A stretch of 26,003 bases of DNA from Utricularia gibba (GCA_002189035.1 NEEC01000330.1:1-26003); one strand, 5' to 3'. Positions 11,791-24,899 are shown, counted from the stretch's first letter. Numbers and translations: made by a program. The notes: generated by a model not told the origin, from the sequence alone.

Positions 11791-14700
11791 GAGAAACCAT
11801 GTAGGCAGCCAATTAAAACCCAACGTTAAGAAATGCATCAAGTTTTTTGCCGAGCTACAAATGACTATGGGCCCGAGCTCGACTCGACCTCCTTCTCGAT
11901 ACCGTTGCCCCACGAGAGCGCCTCCTCAATATAAAGCATGCGGTTGAGAAAACCATTTTGGGTGCTCATGACATCCTAACTTCAATAAGTGCATCACGAT
12001 TTTCGTCGAGTAGGACCCGATGTTTGGGTCAGAACGAAGTTCACAACGACATCACCCGCCCAAAAACGACAAGCTTTTCCTTGAGAAACCATGTAGGCAG
12101 CCAATTAAAACCCAACGTTAAGAAATGCATCAAGTTTTTTGCCGAGCCACAAATGACTATGGGCCCGAGCTCGACTCGACCTCCTCTCGATACCGTTGCC
12201 CCCACGAGAGCGCCTCCTCAAATATAAAGCATGCGGTTGAGAAAACCATTTTGGGTGCTCATGACATCCTAACTTCAATAAGTGCATCACGATTTTCGTC
12301 GAGTAGGACCCGATGTGGCAAAGGAGTCAGACCGAACCTTGGGTCAGAACGAAGTTCACAACGACATCACCCGCCCAAAAACGACAAGCTTTTCCTTGAG
12401 AAACCATGTAGGCAGCCAATTAAAACCAACGTTAAGAAATGCATCAAGTTTTTTGCCGAGCTACAAATGACTATGGGCCCGAGCTCGACTCGACCTCCTT
12501 CTCGATACCGTTGCCCCACGAGAGCGCCTCCTCAGATATAAAGCATGCGGTTGAGAAAACCATTTTGGTGCTCATGACATCCTAACTTCAATAAGTGCAT
12601 CACGATTTTCGTCGAGTAGGACCCGATGTGGCAAAAGGAAACCTTGGGTCAGAACGAAGTTCACAAACGACATCACCCGCCCAAAAACGACAAGCTTTTC
12701 CTTGAGAAACCATGTAGGCAGCCAATTAAAACCCAACGTTAAGAAATGCATCAAGTTTTTTGCCGAGCCACAAATGACTATGGGCCCGAGCTCGACTCGA
12801 CCTCCTTTCGATACCGTTGCCCCACGAGAGCGCCTCCTCAATATAAAGCATGCGGTTGAGAAAACCATTTTGGGTGCTCATGACATCCTAACTTCAATAA
12901 GTGCATCACGATTTTCGTCGAGTAGGACCCGATGTGGCAAAGGAGTCAGACCGAACCTTGGGTCAGAACGAAGTTCACAACGACATCACCCGCCCAAAAA
13001 CGACAAGCTTTTCCTTGAAAACCATGTAGGCAGCCAATTAAAACCCAACGTTAAAAATGCATCAAGTTTTTTGCCGAGCACAAATGACTATGGGCCCGAG
13101 CTCGACTCGACCTCCTTCTCGATACCGTTGCCCCACGAGAGCGCCTCCTCAGATATAAAGCATGCGGTTGAGAAAACCATTTTGGGTGCTTATGACATCC
13201 TAACTTCAATAAGTGCATCACGAATTTCGTCGAGTAGGACCCGATGTGGAAAAAGGAGTCAGACCGAACCTTGGGTCAGAACGAAGTCACAACGACATCA
13301 CCCGCCCAAAAACGACAAGCTTTTCCTTGAGAAACCATGTAGGCAGCCAATTAAAACCCAACGTTAAGAAATGCATCAAGTTTTTTGCCGAGCCACAAAT
13401 GACTATGGGCCCGAGCTCGACTCGAACCTGCTCGATACCGTTGCCCCACGAGAGCGCCTTATCAAATATAAAGCATGCGGTTGAGAAAACCATTTGGGTG
13501 CTCATGACATCCTAACTTCAATAAGTGCATCACGATTTTCGTCGAGTAGGACCCGATGTGGAAAAAGGAGTCAGACCGAACCTTGGGTCAGAACGAAGTT
13601 CACAACGACATCACCCGCCCAAAAACGACAAGCTTTTCCTTGAGAAACCATGTAGGCAGCCAATTAAAACCCAACGTTAAGAAATGCATCAAGTTTTTTG
13701 CCGAGCCACAAATGACTATGGGCCCGAGCTCGACTCGACCACCTGCTCGATACCGTTGCCCCACGAGAGCGCCTCCTCAGATATAAAGCATGCGGTTGAG
13801 AAAACCATTTTGGGTGCTTATGACATCCTAACTTCAATAAGTGCATCACGAATTTCGTCGAGTAGGACCCGATGTGGCAAAGGAGTCAGACCGAACCTTG
13901 GGTCAGAACGAAGTTCACAACGACATCACCCGCCCAAAAACGACAAGCTTTTCCTTGAGAAACCATGTAGGCAGCCAATTAAAACCCAACGTTAAGAAAT
14001 GCATCAAGTTTTTGCCGAGCCACAAATGACTATGGGCCCGAGCTCGACTCGACCCACCTGCTCGATACCGTTGCCCCACGAGAGCGCCTCCTCAAATATA
14101 AAGCATGCGGTTGAGAAAACCATTTTGGGTGCTCATGACATCCTAACTTCAATAAGTGCATCACGATTTTCGTCGAGTAGGACCCGATGTGGCAAAGGAG
14201 TCAGACCGAACCTTGGGTCAGAACGAAGTTCACAACGACATCACCGCCCAAAAACGACAAGCTTTTCCTTGAGAAACCATGTAGGCAGCCAATTAAAACC
14301 CAACGTTAAGAAATGCATCAAGTTTTTTGCCGAGCCACAAATGACTATGGGCCCGAGCTCGACTCGACCTCCTGCTCGATACCGTTGCCCCACGAGAGCG
14401 CCTTATCAAATATAAAGCATGCGGTTGAGAAAACCATTTTGGGTGCTCATGACATCCTAACTTCAATAAGTGCATCACGATTTTCGTCGAGTAGGACCCG
14501 ATGTGGCAAAGGAGTCAGACCGAACCTTGGGTCAGAACGAAGTTCACAACGACATCACCCGCCCAAAAACGACAAGCTTTTCCTTGAAAAACCATGTAGG
14601 CAGCCAATTAAAACCCAACGTTAAGAAATGCATCAAGTTTTTTGCCGAGCTACAAATGACTATGGGCCCGAGCTCGACTCGACCTCCTTCTCGATACCGT

Positions 14701-17700
14701 TGCCCCACGAGAGCGCCTCCTCAATATAAAGCATGCGGTTGAGAAAACCATTTTGGGTGCTCATGACATCCTAACTTCAATAAGTGCATCACGATTTTCG
14801 TCGAGTAGGACCCGATGTGGCAAAGGAGTCAGACCGAACCTTGGGTCAGAACGAAGTTCACAACGACATCACCCGCCCAAAAAACGACAAGCTTTTCCTT
14901 GAGAAACCATGTAGGCAGCCAATTAAAACCCAACGTTAAGAAATGCATCAAGTTTTTTGCCGAGCTACAAATGACTATGGGCCCGAGCTCGACTCGACCT
15001 CCTTCTCGATACCGTTGCCCCACGAGAGCGCCTCCTCAGATATAAAGCATGCGGTTGAGAAAACCATTTTGGGTGCTTATGACATCCTAACTTCAATAAG
15101 TGCATCACGATTTTCGTCGAGAGGACCCGATGTGGAAAAAGGAGTCAGACCGAACCTTGGGTCAGAACGAAGTTCACAACGACATCACCCGCCCAAAAAC
15201 GACAAGCTTTTCCTTGAGAAACCATGTAGGCAGCCAATTAAAACCCAACGTTAAAAATGCATCAAGTTTTTTGCCGAGCTACAAATGACTATGGGCCCGA
15301 GCTCGACTCGACCTCCTTCTCGATACCGTTGCCCCACGAGAGCGCCTCCTCAGATATAAAGCATGCGGTTGAGAAAACCATTTTGGGTGCTATGACATCC
15401 TAACTTCAATAAGTGCATCACGATTTCGTCGAGTAGGACCCGATGTGGAAAAAGGAGTCAGACCGAACCTTGGGTCAGAACGAAGTTCACAACGACATCA
15501 CCCGCCAAAAACGACAAGCTTTTCCTTGAGAAACCATGTAGGCAGCCAATTAAAACCCAACGTTAAGAAATGCATCAAGTTTTTTGCCGAGCCACAAATG
15601 ACTATGGGCCCGAGCTCGACTCGACCCTTCTCGATACCGTTGCCCCACGAGAGCGCCTATCAAATATAAAGCATGCGGTTGAGAAAACCATTTTGGGTGC
15701 TCATGACATCCTAACTTCAATAAGTGCATCACGATTTTCGTCGAGTAGGACCCGATGTGGCAAAGGAGTCAGACCGAACCTTGGGTCAGAACGAAGTTCA
15801 CAACGACATCACCCGCCCAAAAACGACAAGCTTTTCCTTGAGAAACCATGTAGGCAGCCAATTAAAAACCCAACGTTAAGAAATGCATCAAGTTTTTTGC
15901 CGAGCACAAATGACTATGGGCCCGAGCTCGACTCGACCTCCTTCTCGATACCGTTGCCCCACGAGAGCGCCTCCTCAATATAAAGCATGCGGTTGAGAAA
16001 ACCATTTTGGGTGCTATGACATCCTAACTTCAATAAGTGCATCACGATTTTCGTCGAGTAGGACCCGATGTGGCAAAGGAGTCAGACCGAACCTTGGGTC
16101 AGAACGAAGTTCACAACGACATCACCCGCCCAAAAACGACAAGCTTTTCCTTGAGAAACCATGTAGGCAGCCAATTAAAACCCAACGTTAAGAAATGCAT
16201 CAAGTTTTTTGCCGAGCTACAAATGACTATGGGCCCGAGCTCGACTCGACCTCCTTCTCGATACCGTTGCCCCACGAGAGCGCCTTATCAAATATAAAGC
16301 ATGCGGTTGAGAAAACCATTTTGGGTGCTCATGACATCCTAACTTCAATAAGTGCATCACGATTTTCGTCGAGTAGGACCCGATGTGGAAAAAGGAGTCA
16401 GACCGAACCTTGGGTCAGAACGAAGTTCACAACGACATCACCCGCCCAAAAACGACAAGCTTTTCCTTGAAACCATGTAGGCAGCCAATTAAAACCCAAC
16501 GTTAAGAAATGCATCAAGTTTTTTGCCGAGAATGACTATGGGCCCGAGCTCGACTCGACCTCCTTCTCGATACCGTTGCCCCACGAGAGCGCCTCCTCAG
16601 ATATAAAGCATGCGGTTGAGAAAACCATTTTGGGTGCTTATGACATCCTAACTTCAATAAGTGCATCACGAATTTCGTCGAGTAGGACCCGATGTGGCAA
16701 AGGAGTCAGACCGAACCTTGGGTCAGAACGAAGTTCACAACGACATCACCCGCCCAAAAACGACAAGCTTTTCCTTGAGAAACCATGTAGGCAGCCAATT
16801 AAAACCCAACGTTAAGAAATGCATCAAGTTTTTTGCCGAGCCACAAATGACTATGGGCCCGAGCTCGACTCGACCACCTGCTCGATACCGTTGCCCCACG
16901 AGAGCGCCTTATCAAATATAAAGCATGCGGTTGAGAAAACCATTTTGGGTGCTCATGACATCCTAACTTCAATAAGTGCATCACGATTTTCGTCGAGTAG
17001 GACCCGATGTGGCAAAGGAGTCAGACCGAACCTTGGGTCAGAACGAAGTTCACAACGACATCACCGCCCAAAAACGACAAGCTTTTCCTTGAGAAACCAT
17101 GTAGGCAGCCAATTAAAACCCAACGTTAAGAAATGCATCAAGTTTTTTGCCGAGCTACAAATGACTATGGGCCCGAGCTCGACTCGACCTCCTCTCGATA
17201 CCGTTGCCCCACGAGCGCCTTATCAAATATAAAGCATGCGGTTGAGAAAACCATTTTGGGTGCTCATGACATCCTAACTTCAATAAGTGCATCACGATTT
17301 TCGTCGAGTAGGACCCGATGTGGAAAAGGAGTCAGACCGAACCTTGGGTCAGAACGAAGTTCACAACGACATCACCCGCCCAAAAACGACAAGCTTTTCC
17401 TTGAGAAACCATGTAGGCAGCCAATTAAAACCCAACGTTAAGAAATGCATCAAGTTTTTTGCCGAGCTACAAATGACTATGGGCCCGAGCTCGACTCGAC
17501 CTCCTTCTCGATACCGTTGCCCCACGAGAGCGCCTCCTCAGATATAAAGCATGCGGTTGAGAAAACCATTTTGGTGCTCATGACATCCTAACTTCAATAA
17601 GTGCATCACGATTTTCGTCGAGTAGGACCCGATGTGGCAAAGGAGTCAGACCGAACCTTGGGTCAGAACGAAGTTCACAACGACATCACCCGCCCAAAAA

Positions 17701-20700
17701 CGACAAGCTTTTCCTTGAGAAACCATGTAGGCAGCCAATTAAAACCCAACGTTAAGAAATGCATCAAGTTTTTTGCCGAGCTACAAATGACTATGGGCCC
17801 GAGCTCGACTCGACCTCCTTCTCGATACCGTTGCCCCACGAGAGCGCCTCCTCAATATAAAGCATGCGGTTGAGAAAACCATTTTTGGTGCTTATGACAT
17901 CCTAACTTCAATAAGTGCATCACGATTTTCGTCGAGTGGACCCGATGTGGAAAAGGAGTCAGACCGAACCTTGGGTCAGAACGAAGTTCACAACGACATC
18001 ACCGCCCAAAAACGACAAGCTTTTCCTTGAGAAACCATGTAGGCAGCCAATTAAAACCCAACGTTAAAAATGCATCAAGTTTTTTGCCGAGCTACAAATG
18101 ACTATGGGCCCGAGCTCGACTCGACCTCCTTCTCGATACCGTTGCCCCACGAGAGCGCCTCCTCAGATATAAAGCATGCGGTTGAGAAAACCATTTTGGG
18201 TGCTTATGACATCCTAACTTCAATAAGTGCATCACGATTTTCGTCGAGTAGGACCCGATGTGGAAAAAGGAGTCAGACCGAACCTTGGGTCAGAACGAAG
18301 TTCACAACGACATCACCCGCCCAAAAACGACAAGCTTTTCCTTGAGAAACCATGTAGCAGCCAATTAAAACCCAACGTTAAGAAATGCATCAAGTTTTTT
18401 GCCGAGCCACAAATGACTATGGGCCCGAGCTCGACTCGACCACCTGCTCGATACCGTTGCCCCACGAGAGCGCCTATCAAATATAAAGCATGCGGTTGAG
18501 AAAACCATTTTGGGTGCTCATGACATCCTAACTTCAATAAGTGCATCACGATTTCGTCGAGTAGACCCGATGTGGCAAAGGAGTCAGACCGAACCTTGGG
18601 TCAGAACGAAGTTCACAACGACATCACCCGCCCAAAAACGACAAGCTTTTCCTTGAGAAACCATGTAGGCAGCCAATTAAAACCCAACGTTAAGAAATGC
18701 ATCAAGTTTTTTGCCGAGCTACAAATGACTATGGGCCCGAGCTCGACTCGACCTCCTTCTCGATACCGTTGCCCCACGAGAGCGCCTCCTCAGATATAAA
18801 GCATGCGGTTGAGAAAACCATTTTGGGTGCTATGACATCCTAACTTCAATAAGTGCATCACGATTTTCGTCGAGTAGGACCCGATGTGGCAAAGGAGTCA
18901 GACCGAACCTTGGGTCAGAACGAAGTTCACAACGACATCACCCGCCCAAAAACGACAAGCTTTTCCTTGAGAAACCATGTAGGCAGCCAATTAAAACCCA
19001 ACGTTAAGAAATGCATCAAGTTTTTTGCCGAGCACAAATGACTATGGGCCCGAGCTCGACTCGACCTCCTTCTCGATACCGTTGCCCCACGAGAGCGCCT
19101 TATCAAATATAAAGCATGCGGTTGAGAAAACCATTTTGGGTGCTCATGACATCCTAACTTCAATAAGTGCATCACGATTTTCGTCGAGTAGGACCCGATG
19201 TGGCAAAGGAGTCAGACCGAACCTTGGGTCAGAACGAAGTTCACAACGACATCACCGCCCAAAAACGACAAGCTTTTCCTTGAAAAACCATGTAGGCAGC
19301 CAATTAAAACCCAACGTTAATAAATGCATCAGTTTTTTGCCGAGCTACAAATGACTATGGGCCCGAGCTCGACTCGACCTCCTTCTCGATACCGTTGCCC
19401 CACGAGAGCGCCTCCTCAGATATAAAGCATGCGGTTGAGAAAACCATTTTGGGTGCTTATGACATCCTAACTTCAATAAGTGCATCACGAATTTCGTCGA
19501 GTAGGACCCGATGTGGAAAAAGGAGTCAGACCGAACCTTGGGTCAGAACGAAGTTCACAACGACATCACCCGCCCAAAAACGACAAGCTTTTCCTTGAGA
19601 AACCATGTAGGCAGCCAATTAAAACCCAACGTTAAGAAATGCATCAAGTTTTTTGCCGAGCACAAATGACTATGGGCCCGAGCTCGACTCGACCACCTCT
19701 CGATACCGTTGCCCCACGAGAGCGCCTCCTCAAATATAAAGCATGCGGTTGAGAAAACCATTTTGGGTGCTCATGACATCCTAACTTCAATAAGTGCATC
19801 ACGATTTTCGTCGAGTAGGACCCGATGTGGCAAAGGAGTCAGACCGAACCTTGGGTCAGAACGAAGTTCACAACGACATCACCCGCCCAAAAACGACAAG
19901 CTTTTCCTTGAGAAACCATGTAGGCAGCCAATTAAAACCCAACGTTAAGAAATGCATCAAGTTTTTTGCCGAGCTACAAATGACTATGGGCCCGAGCTCG
20001 ACTCGACCCCTCTCGATACCGTTGCCCCACGAGAGCGCCTCCTCAAATATAAAGCATGCGGTTGAGAAAACCATTTTGGGTGCTCATGACATCCTAACTT
20101 CAATAAGTGCATCACGATTTTCGTCGAGTAGGACCCGATGTGGAAAGGAGTCAGACCGAACCTTGGGTCAGAACGAAGTTCACAACGACATCACCCGCCC
20201 AAAAACGACAAGCTTTTCCTTGAGAAACCATGTAGGCAGCCAATTAAAACCCAACGTTAAGAAATGCATCAAGTTTTTTGCCGAGCACAAATGACTATGG
20301 GCCCGAGCTCGACTCGACCTCCTTCTCGATACCGTTGCCCCACGAGAGCGCCTCCTCAGATAAAGCATGCGGTTGAGAAAACCATTTTGGTGTATGACAT
20401 CCTAACTTCAATAAGTGCATCACGATTTTCGTCGAGTAGGACCCGATGTGGCAAAGGAGTCAGACCGAACCTTGGGTCAGAACGAAGTTCACAACGACAT
20501 CACCCGCCCAAAAACGACAAGCTTTTCCTTGAGAAACCATGTAGGCAGCCAATTAAAACCCAACGTTAAGAAATGCATCAAGTTTTTTGCCGAGCTACAA
20601 ATGACTATGGGCCCGAGCTCGACTCGACCTCCTTCTCGATACCGTTGCCCCACGAGAGCGCCTTATCAAATATAAAGCATGCGGTTGAGAAAACCATTTT

Positions 20701-23641
20701 GGGTGCTCATGACATCCTAACTTCAATAAGTGCATCACGATTTTCGTCGAGTAGGACCCGATGTGGAAAGGAGTCAGACCGAACCTTGGGTCAGAACGAA
20801 GTTCACAACGACATCACCCGCCCAAAAACGACAAGCTTTTCCTTGAGAAACCATGTAGGCAGCCAATTAAAACCCAACGTTAAGAAATGCATCAGTTTTT
20901 TGCCGAGCTACAAATGACTATGGGCCCGAGCTCGACTCGACCTCCTTCTCGATACCGTTGCCCCACGAGAGCGCCTCCTCAGATATAAAGCATGCGGTTG
21001 AGAAAACCATTTTGGGTGCTTATGACATCCTAACTTCAATAAGTGCATCACGATTTTCGTCGAGTAGGACCCGATGTGAAAAGGAGTCAGACCGAACCTT
21101 GGGTCAGAACAAGTTCACAACGACATCACCCGCCCAAAAACGACAAGCTTTTCCTTGAGAAACCATGTAGGCAGCCAATTAAAACCCAACGTTAAAAATG
21201 CATCAAGTTTTTTGCCGAGCCACAAATGACTATGGGCCCGAGCTCGACTCGACCACTCGATACCGTTGCCCCACGAGAGCGCCTTATCAAATATAAAGCA
21301 TGCGGTTGAGAAAACCATTTTGGGTGCTCATGACATCCTAACTTCAATAAGTGCATCACGATTTTCGTCGAGTAGGACCCGATGTGGCAAAGGAGTCAGA
21401 CCGAACCTTGGGTCAGAACGAAGTTCACAACGACATCACCCAAAAACGACAAGCTTTTCCTTGAAAAACCATGTAGGCAGCCAATTAAAACCCAACGTTA
21501 AGAAATGCATCAAGTTTTTTGCCGAGCTACAAATGACTATGGGCCCGAGCTCGACTCGACCTCCTTCTCGATACCGTTGCCCCACGAGAGCGCCTCCTCA
21601 GATATAAAGCATGCGGTTGAGAAAACCATTTTGGGTGCTTATGACATCCTAACTTCAATAAGTGCATCACGATTTCGTCGAGTAGGACCCGATGTGGCAA
21701 AGGAGTCAGACCGAACCTTGGTCAGAACGAAGTTCACAACGACATCACCCGCCCAAAAACGACAAGCTTTTCCTTGAGAAACCATGTAGGCAGCCAATTA
21801 AAACCCAACGTTAAAAATGCATCAAGTTTTTTGCCGAGCTACAAATGACTATGGGCCCGAGCTCGACTCGACCTCCTTCTCGATACCGTTGCCCCACGAG
21901 AGCGCCTCCTCAGATATAAAGCATGCGGTTGAGAAAACCATTTTGGGTGCTTATGACATCCTAACTTCAATAAGTGCATCACGATTTTCGTCGAGTAGGA
22001 CCCGATGTGGAAAAAGGAGTCAGACCGAACCTTGGGTCAGAACCAAGTTCACAACGACATCACCCGCCCAAAAACGACAAGCTTTTCCTTGAGAAACCAT
22101 GTAGGCAGCCAATTAAAACCCAACGTTAAGAAATGCATCAAGTTTTTTGCCGAGCTACAAATGACTATGGGCCCGAGCTCGACTCGACCACCTGCTCGAT
22201 ACCGTTGCCCCACGAGAGCGCCTTATCAAATATAAAGCATGCGGTTGAGAAAACCATTTTGGGTGCTCATGACATCCTAACTTCAATAAGTGCATCACGA
22301 TTTTCGTCGAGTAGGACCCGATGTGGCAAAGGAGTCAGACCGAACCTTGGGTCAGAACGAAGTTCACAACGACATCACCCGCCCAAAAACGACAAGCTTT
22401 TCCTTGAGAAACCATGTAGGCAGCCAATTAAAACCCAACGTTAAAAATGCATCAAGTTTTTGCGAGCTACAAATGACTATGGCCCGAGCTCGACTCGACC
22501 TCCTTCTCGATACCGTTGCCCCACGAGAGCGCCTCCTCAGATATAAAGCATGCGGTTGAGAAAACCATTTTGGGTGCTATGACATCCTAACTTCAATAAG
22601 TGCATCACGATTTTCGTCGAGTAGGACCCGATGTGGAAAGGAGTCAGACCGAACCTTGGGTCAGAACGAAGTTCACAACGACATCACCCGCCCAAAAACG
22701 ACAAGCTTTTCCTGAGAAACCATGTAGGCAGCCAATTAAAACCCAACGTTAAGAAATGCATCAAGTTTTTTGCCGAGCTACAAATGACTATGGGCCCGAG
22801 CTCGACTCGACCTCCTTCTCGATACCGTTGCCCCACGAGAGCGCCTCCTCAATATAAAGCATGCGGTTGAGAAAACCATTTTGGTGCTCATGACATCCTA
22901 ACTTCAATAAGTGCATCACGATTTTCGTCGAGTAGGACCCGATGTGGCAAAGGAGTCAGACCGAACCTTGGGTCAGAACGAAGTTCACAACGACATCACC
23001 GCCCCAAAAACGACAAGCTTTTCCTTGAGAAACCATGTAGGCAGCCAATTAAAACCCAACGTTAAGAAATGCATCAAGTTTTTTGCCGAGCACAAATGAC
23101 TATGGGCCCGAGCTCGACTCGACCACCTGCTCGATACCGTTGCCCCACGAGAGCGCCTTATCAAATATAAAGCATGCGGTTGAGAAAACCATTTTGGGTG
23201 CTCATGACATCCTAACTTCAATAAGTGCATCACGATTTTCGTCGAGTAGGACCCGATGTGGCAAAGGAGTCAGACCGAACCTTGGTCAGAACGAAGTTCA
23301 CAACGACATCACCCGCCCAAAAACGACAAGCTTTTCCTTGAGAAACCATGTAGGCAGCCAATTAAAACCCAACGTTAAAATGCATCAAGTTTTTTTGCCG
23401 AGCTACAAATGACTATGGGCCCGAGCTCGACTCGACCTCCTTCTCGATACCGTTGCCCCACGAGAGCGCCTCCTCAGATATAAAGCATGCGGTTGAGAAA
23501 ACCATTTTGGGTGCTTATGACATCCTAACTTCAATAAGTGCATCACGAATTTCGTCGAGTAGGACCCGATGTGGAAAAAGGAGTCAGACCGAACCTTGGG
23601 TCAGAACGAAGTTCACAACGACATCACCGCCCAAAAACGAC

Positions 23642-23956
23642 AAGCTTTTCCTTGAGAAACCATGTAGGCAGCCAATTAAAACCCAACGTTAAGAAATGCA
23701 TCAAGTTTTTTGCCGAGCCACAAATGACTATGGGCCCGAGCTCGACTCGACCACCTGCTCGATACCGTTGCCCCACGAGAGCGCCTTATCAAATATAAAG
23801 CATGCGGTTGAGAAAACCATTTTGGGTGCTCATGACATCCTAACTTCAATAAGTGCAGCACGATTTTCGTCGAGTAGGACCCGATGTGGCAAAGGAGTCA
23901 GACCGAACCTTGGGTCAGAACGAAGTTCACAACGACATCACCCGCCCAAAAACGAC
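23642..23956 (+). repeat. Representative full-length B-type monomer (315 bp)
   Basis: Runs HindIII to HindIII with the markers GAGCCAC, CGACCACCTGCTCG, CGCCTTATCAAATAT and GCTCATG. Confidence 0.9.
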
Positions 23957-24584
23957 AAGCTTTTCCTTGAGAAACCATGTAGGCAGCCAATTAAAACCCA
24001 ACGTTAAGAAATGCATCAAGTTTTTTGCCGAGCTACAAATGACTATGGGCCCGAGCTCGACTCGACCTCCTTCTCGATACCGTTGCCCCACGAGAGCGCC
24101 TCCTCAGATATAAAGCATGCGGTTGAGAAAACCATTTTGGGTGCTCATGACATCCTAACTTCAATAAGTGCATCACGATTTTCGTCGAGTGACCCGATGT
24201 GGAAAAAGGAGTCAGACCGAACCTTGGGTCAGAACGAAGTTCACAACGACATCACCCGCCCAAAAACGACAAGCTTTTCCTTGAGAAACCATGTAGGCAG
24301 CCAATTAAAACCCAACGTTAAGAAATGCATCAAGTTTTTTGCCGAGCCACAAATGACTATGGGCCCGAGCTCGACTCGACCACCTGCTCGATACCGTTGC
24401 CCCACGAGAGCGCCTTATCAAATATAAAGCATGCGGTTGAGAAAACCATTTTGGGTGCTCATGACATCCTAACTTCAATAAGTGCATCACGATTTTCGTC
24501 GAGTAGGACCCGATGTGGCAAAGGAGTCAGACCGAACCTTGGGTCAGAACGAAGTTCACAACGACATCACCCCCCAAAAACGAC

Positions 24585-24899
24585 AAGCTTTTCCTTGAAA
24601 AACCATGTAGGCAGCCAATTAAAACCCAACGTTAAGAAATGCATCAAGTTTTTTGCCGAGCTACAAATGACTATGGGCCCGAGCTCGACTCGACCTCCTT
24701 CTCGATACCGTTGCCCCACGAGAGCGCCTCCTCAGATATAAAGCATGCGGTTGAGAAAACCATTTTGGGTGCTTATGACATCCTAACTTCAATAAGTGCA
24801 TCACGATTTTCGTCGAGTAGGACCCGATGTGGCAAAGGAGTCAGACCGAACCTTGGGTCAGAACGAAGTTCACAACGACATCACCCGCCCAAAAACGAC
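24585..24899 (+). repeat. Representative full-length A-type monomer (315 bp)
   Basis: Runs HindIII to HindIII with the markers GAGCTAC, CGACCTCCTTCTCG, CGCCTCCTCAGATAT and GCTTATG. Confidence 0.93.

Noticed and set aside
24620-24894. Degenerate telomere-like motifs (TAAAACCC, TTTTGGG, CCCAAAA)
   Set aside because: One-mismatch 7-mers of this kind are expected by chance in 315 bp, and no true TTTAGGG tract occurs. They are compatible with a subtelomeric origin but are not evidence for it.
24585-24899. Cluster of 6-bp palindromes (AAGCTT, AACGTT, ATGCAT, GGGCCC, GAGCTC, GCATGC, and TCATGA in most copies) resembling a synthetic polylinker
   Set aside because: About 5 are expected per 315 bp, so 6-7 is unremarkable. 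They are dispersed, and the internal diverged-dimer structure argues for a natural origin.
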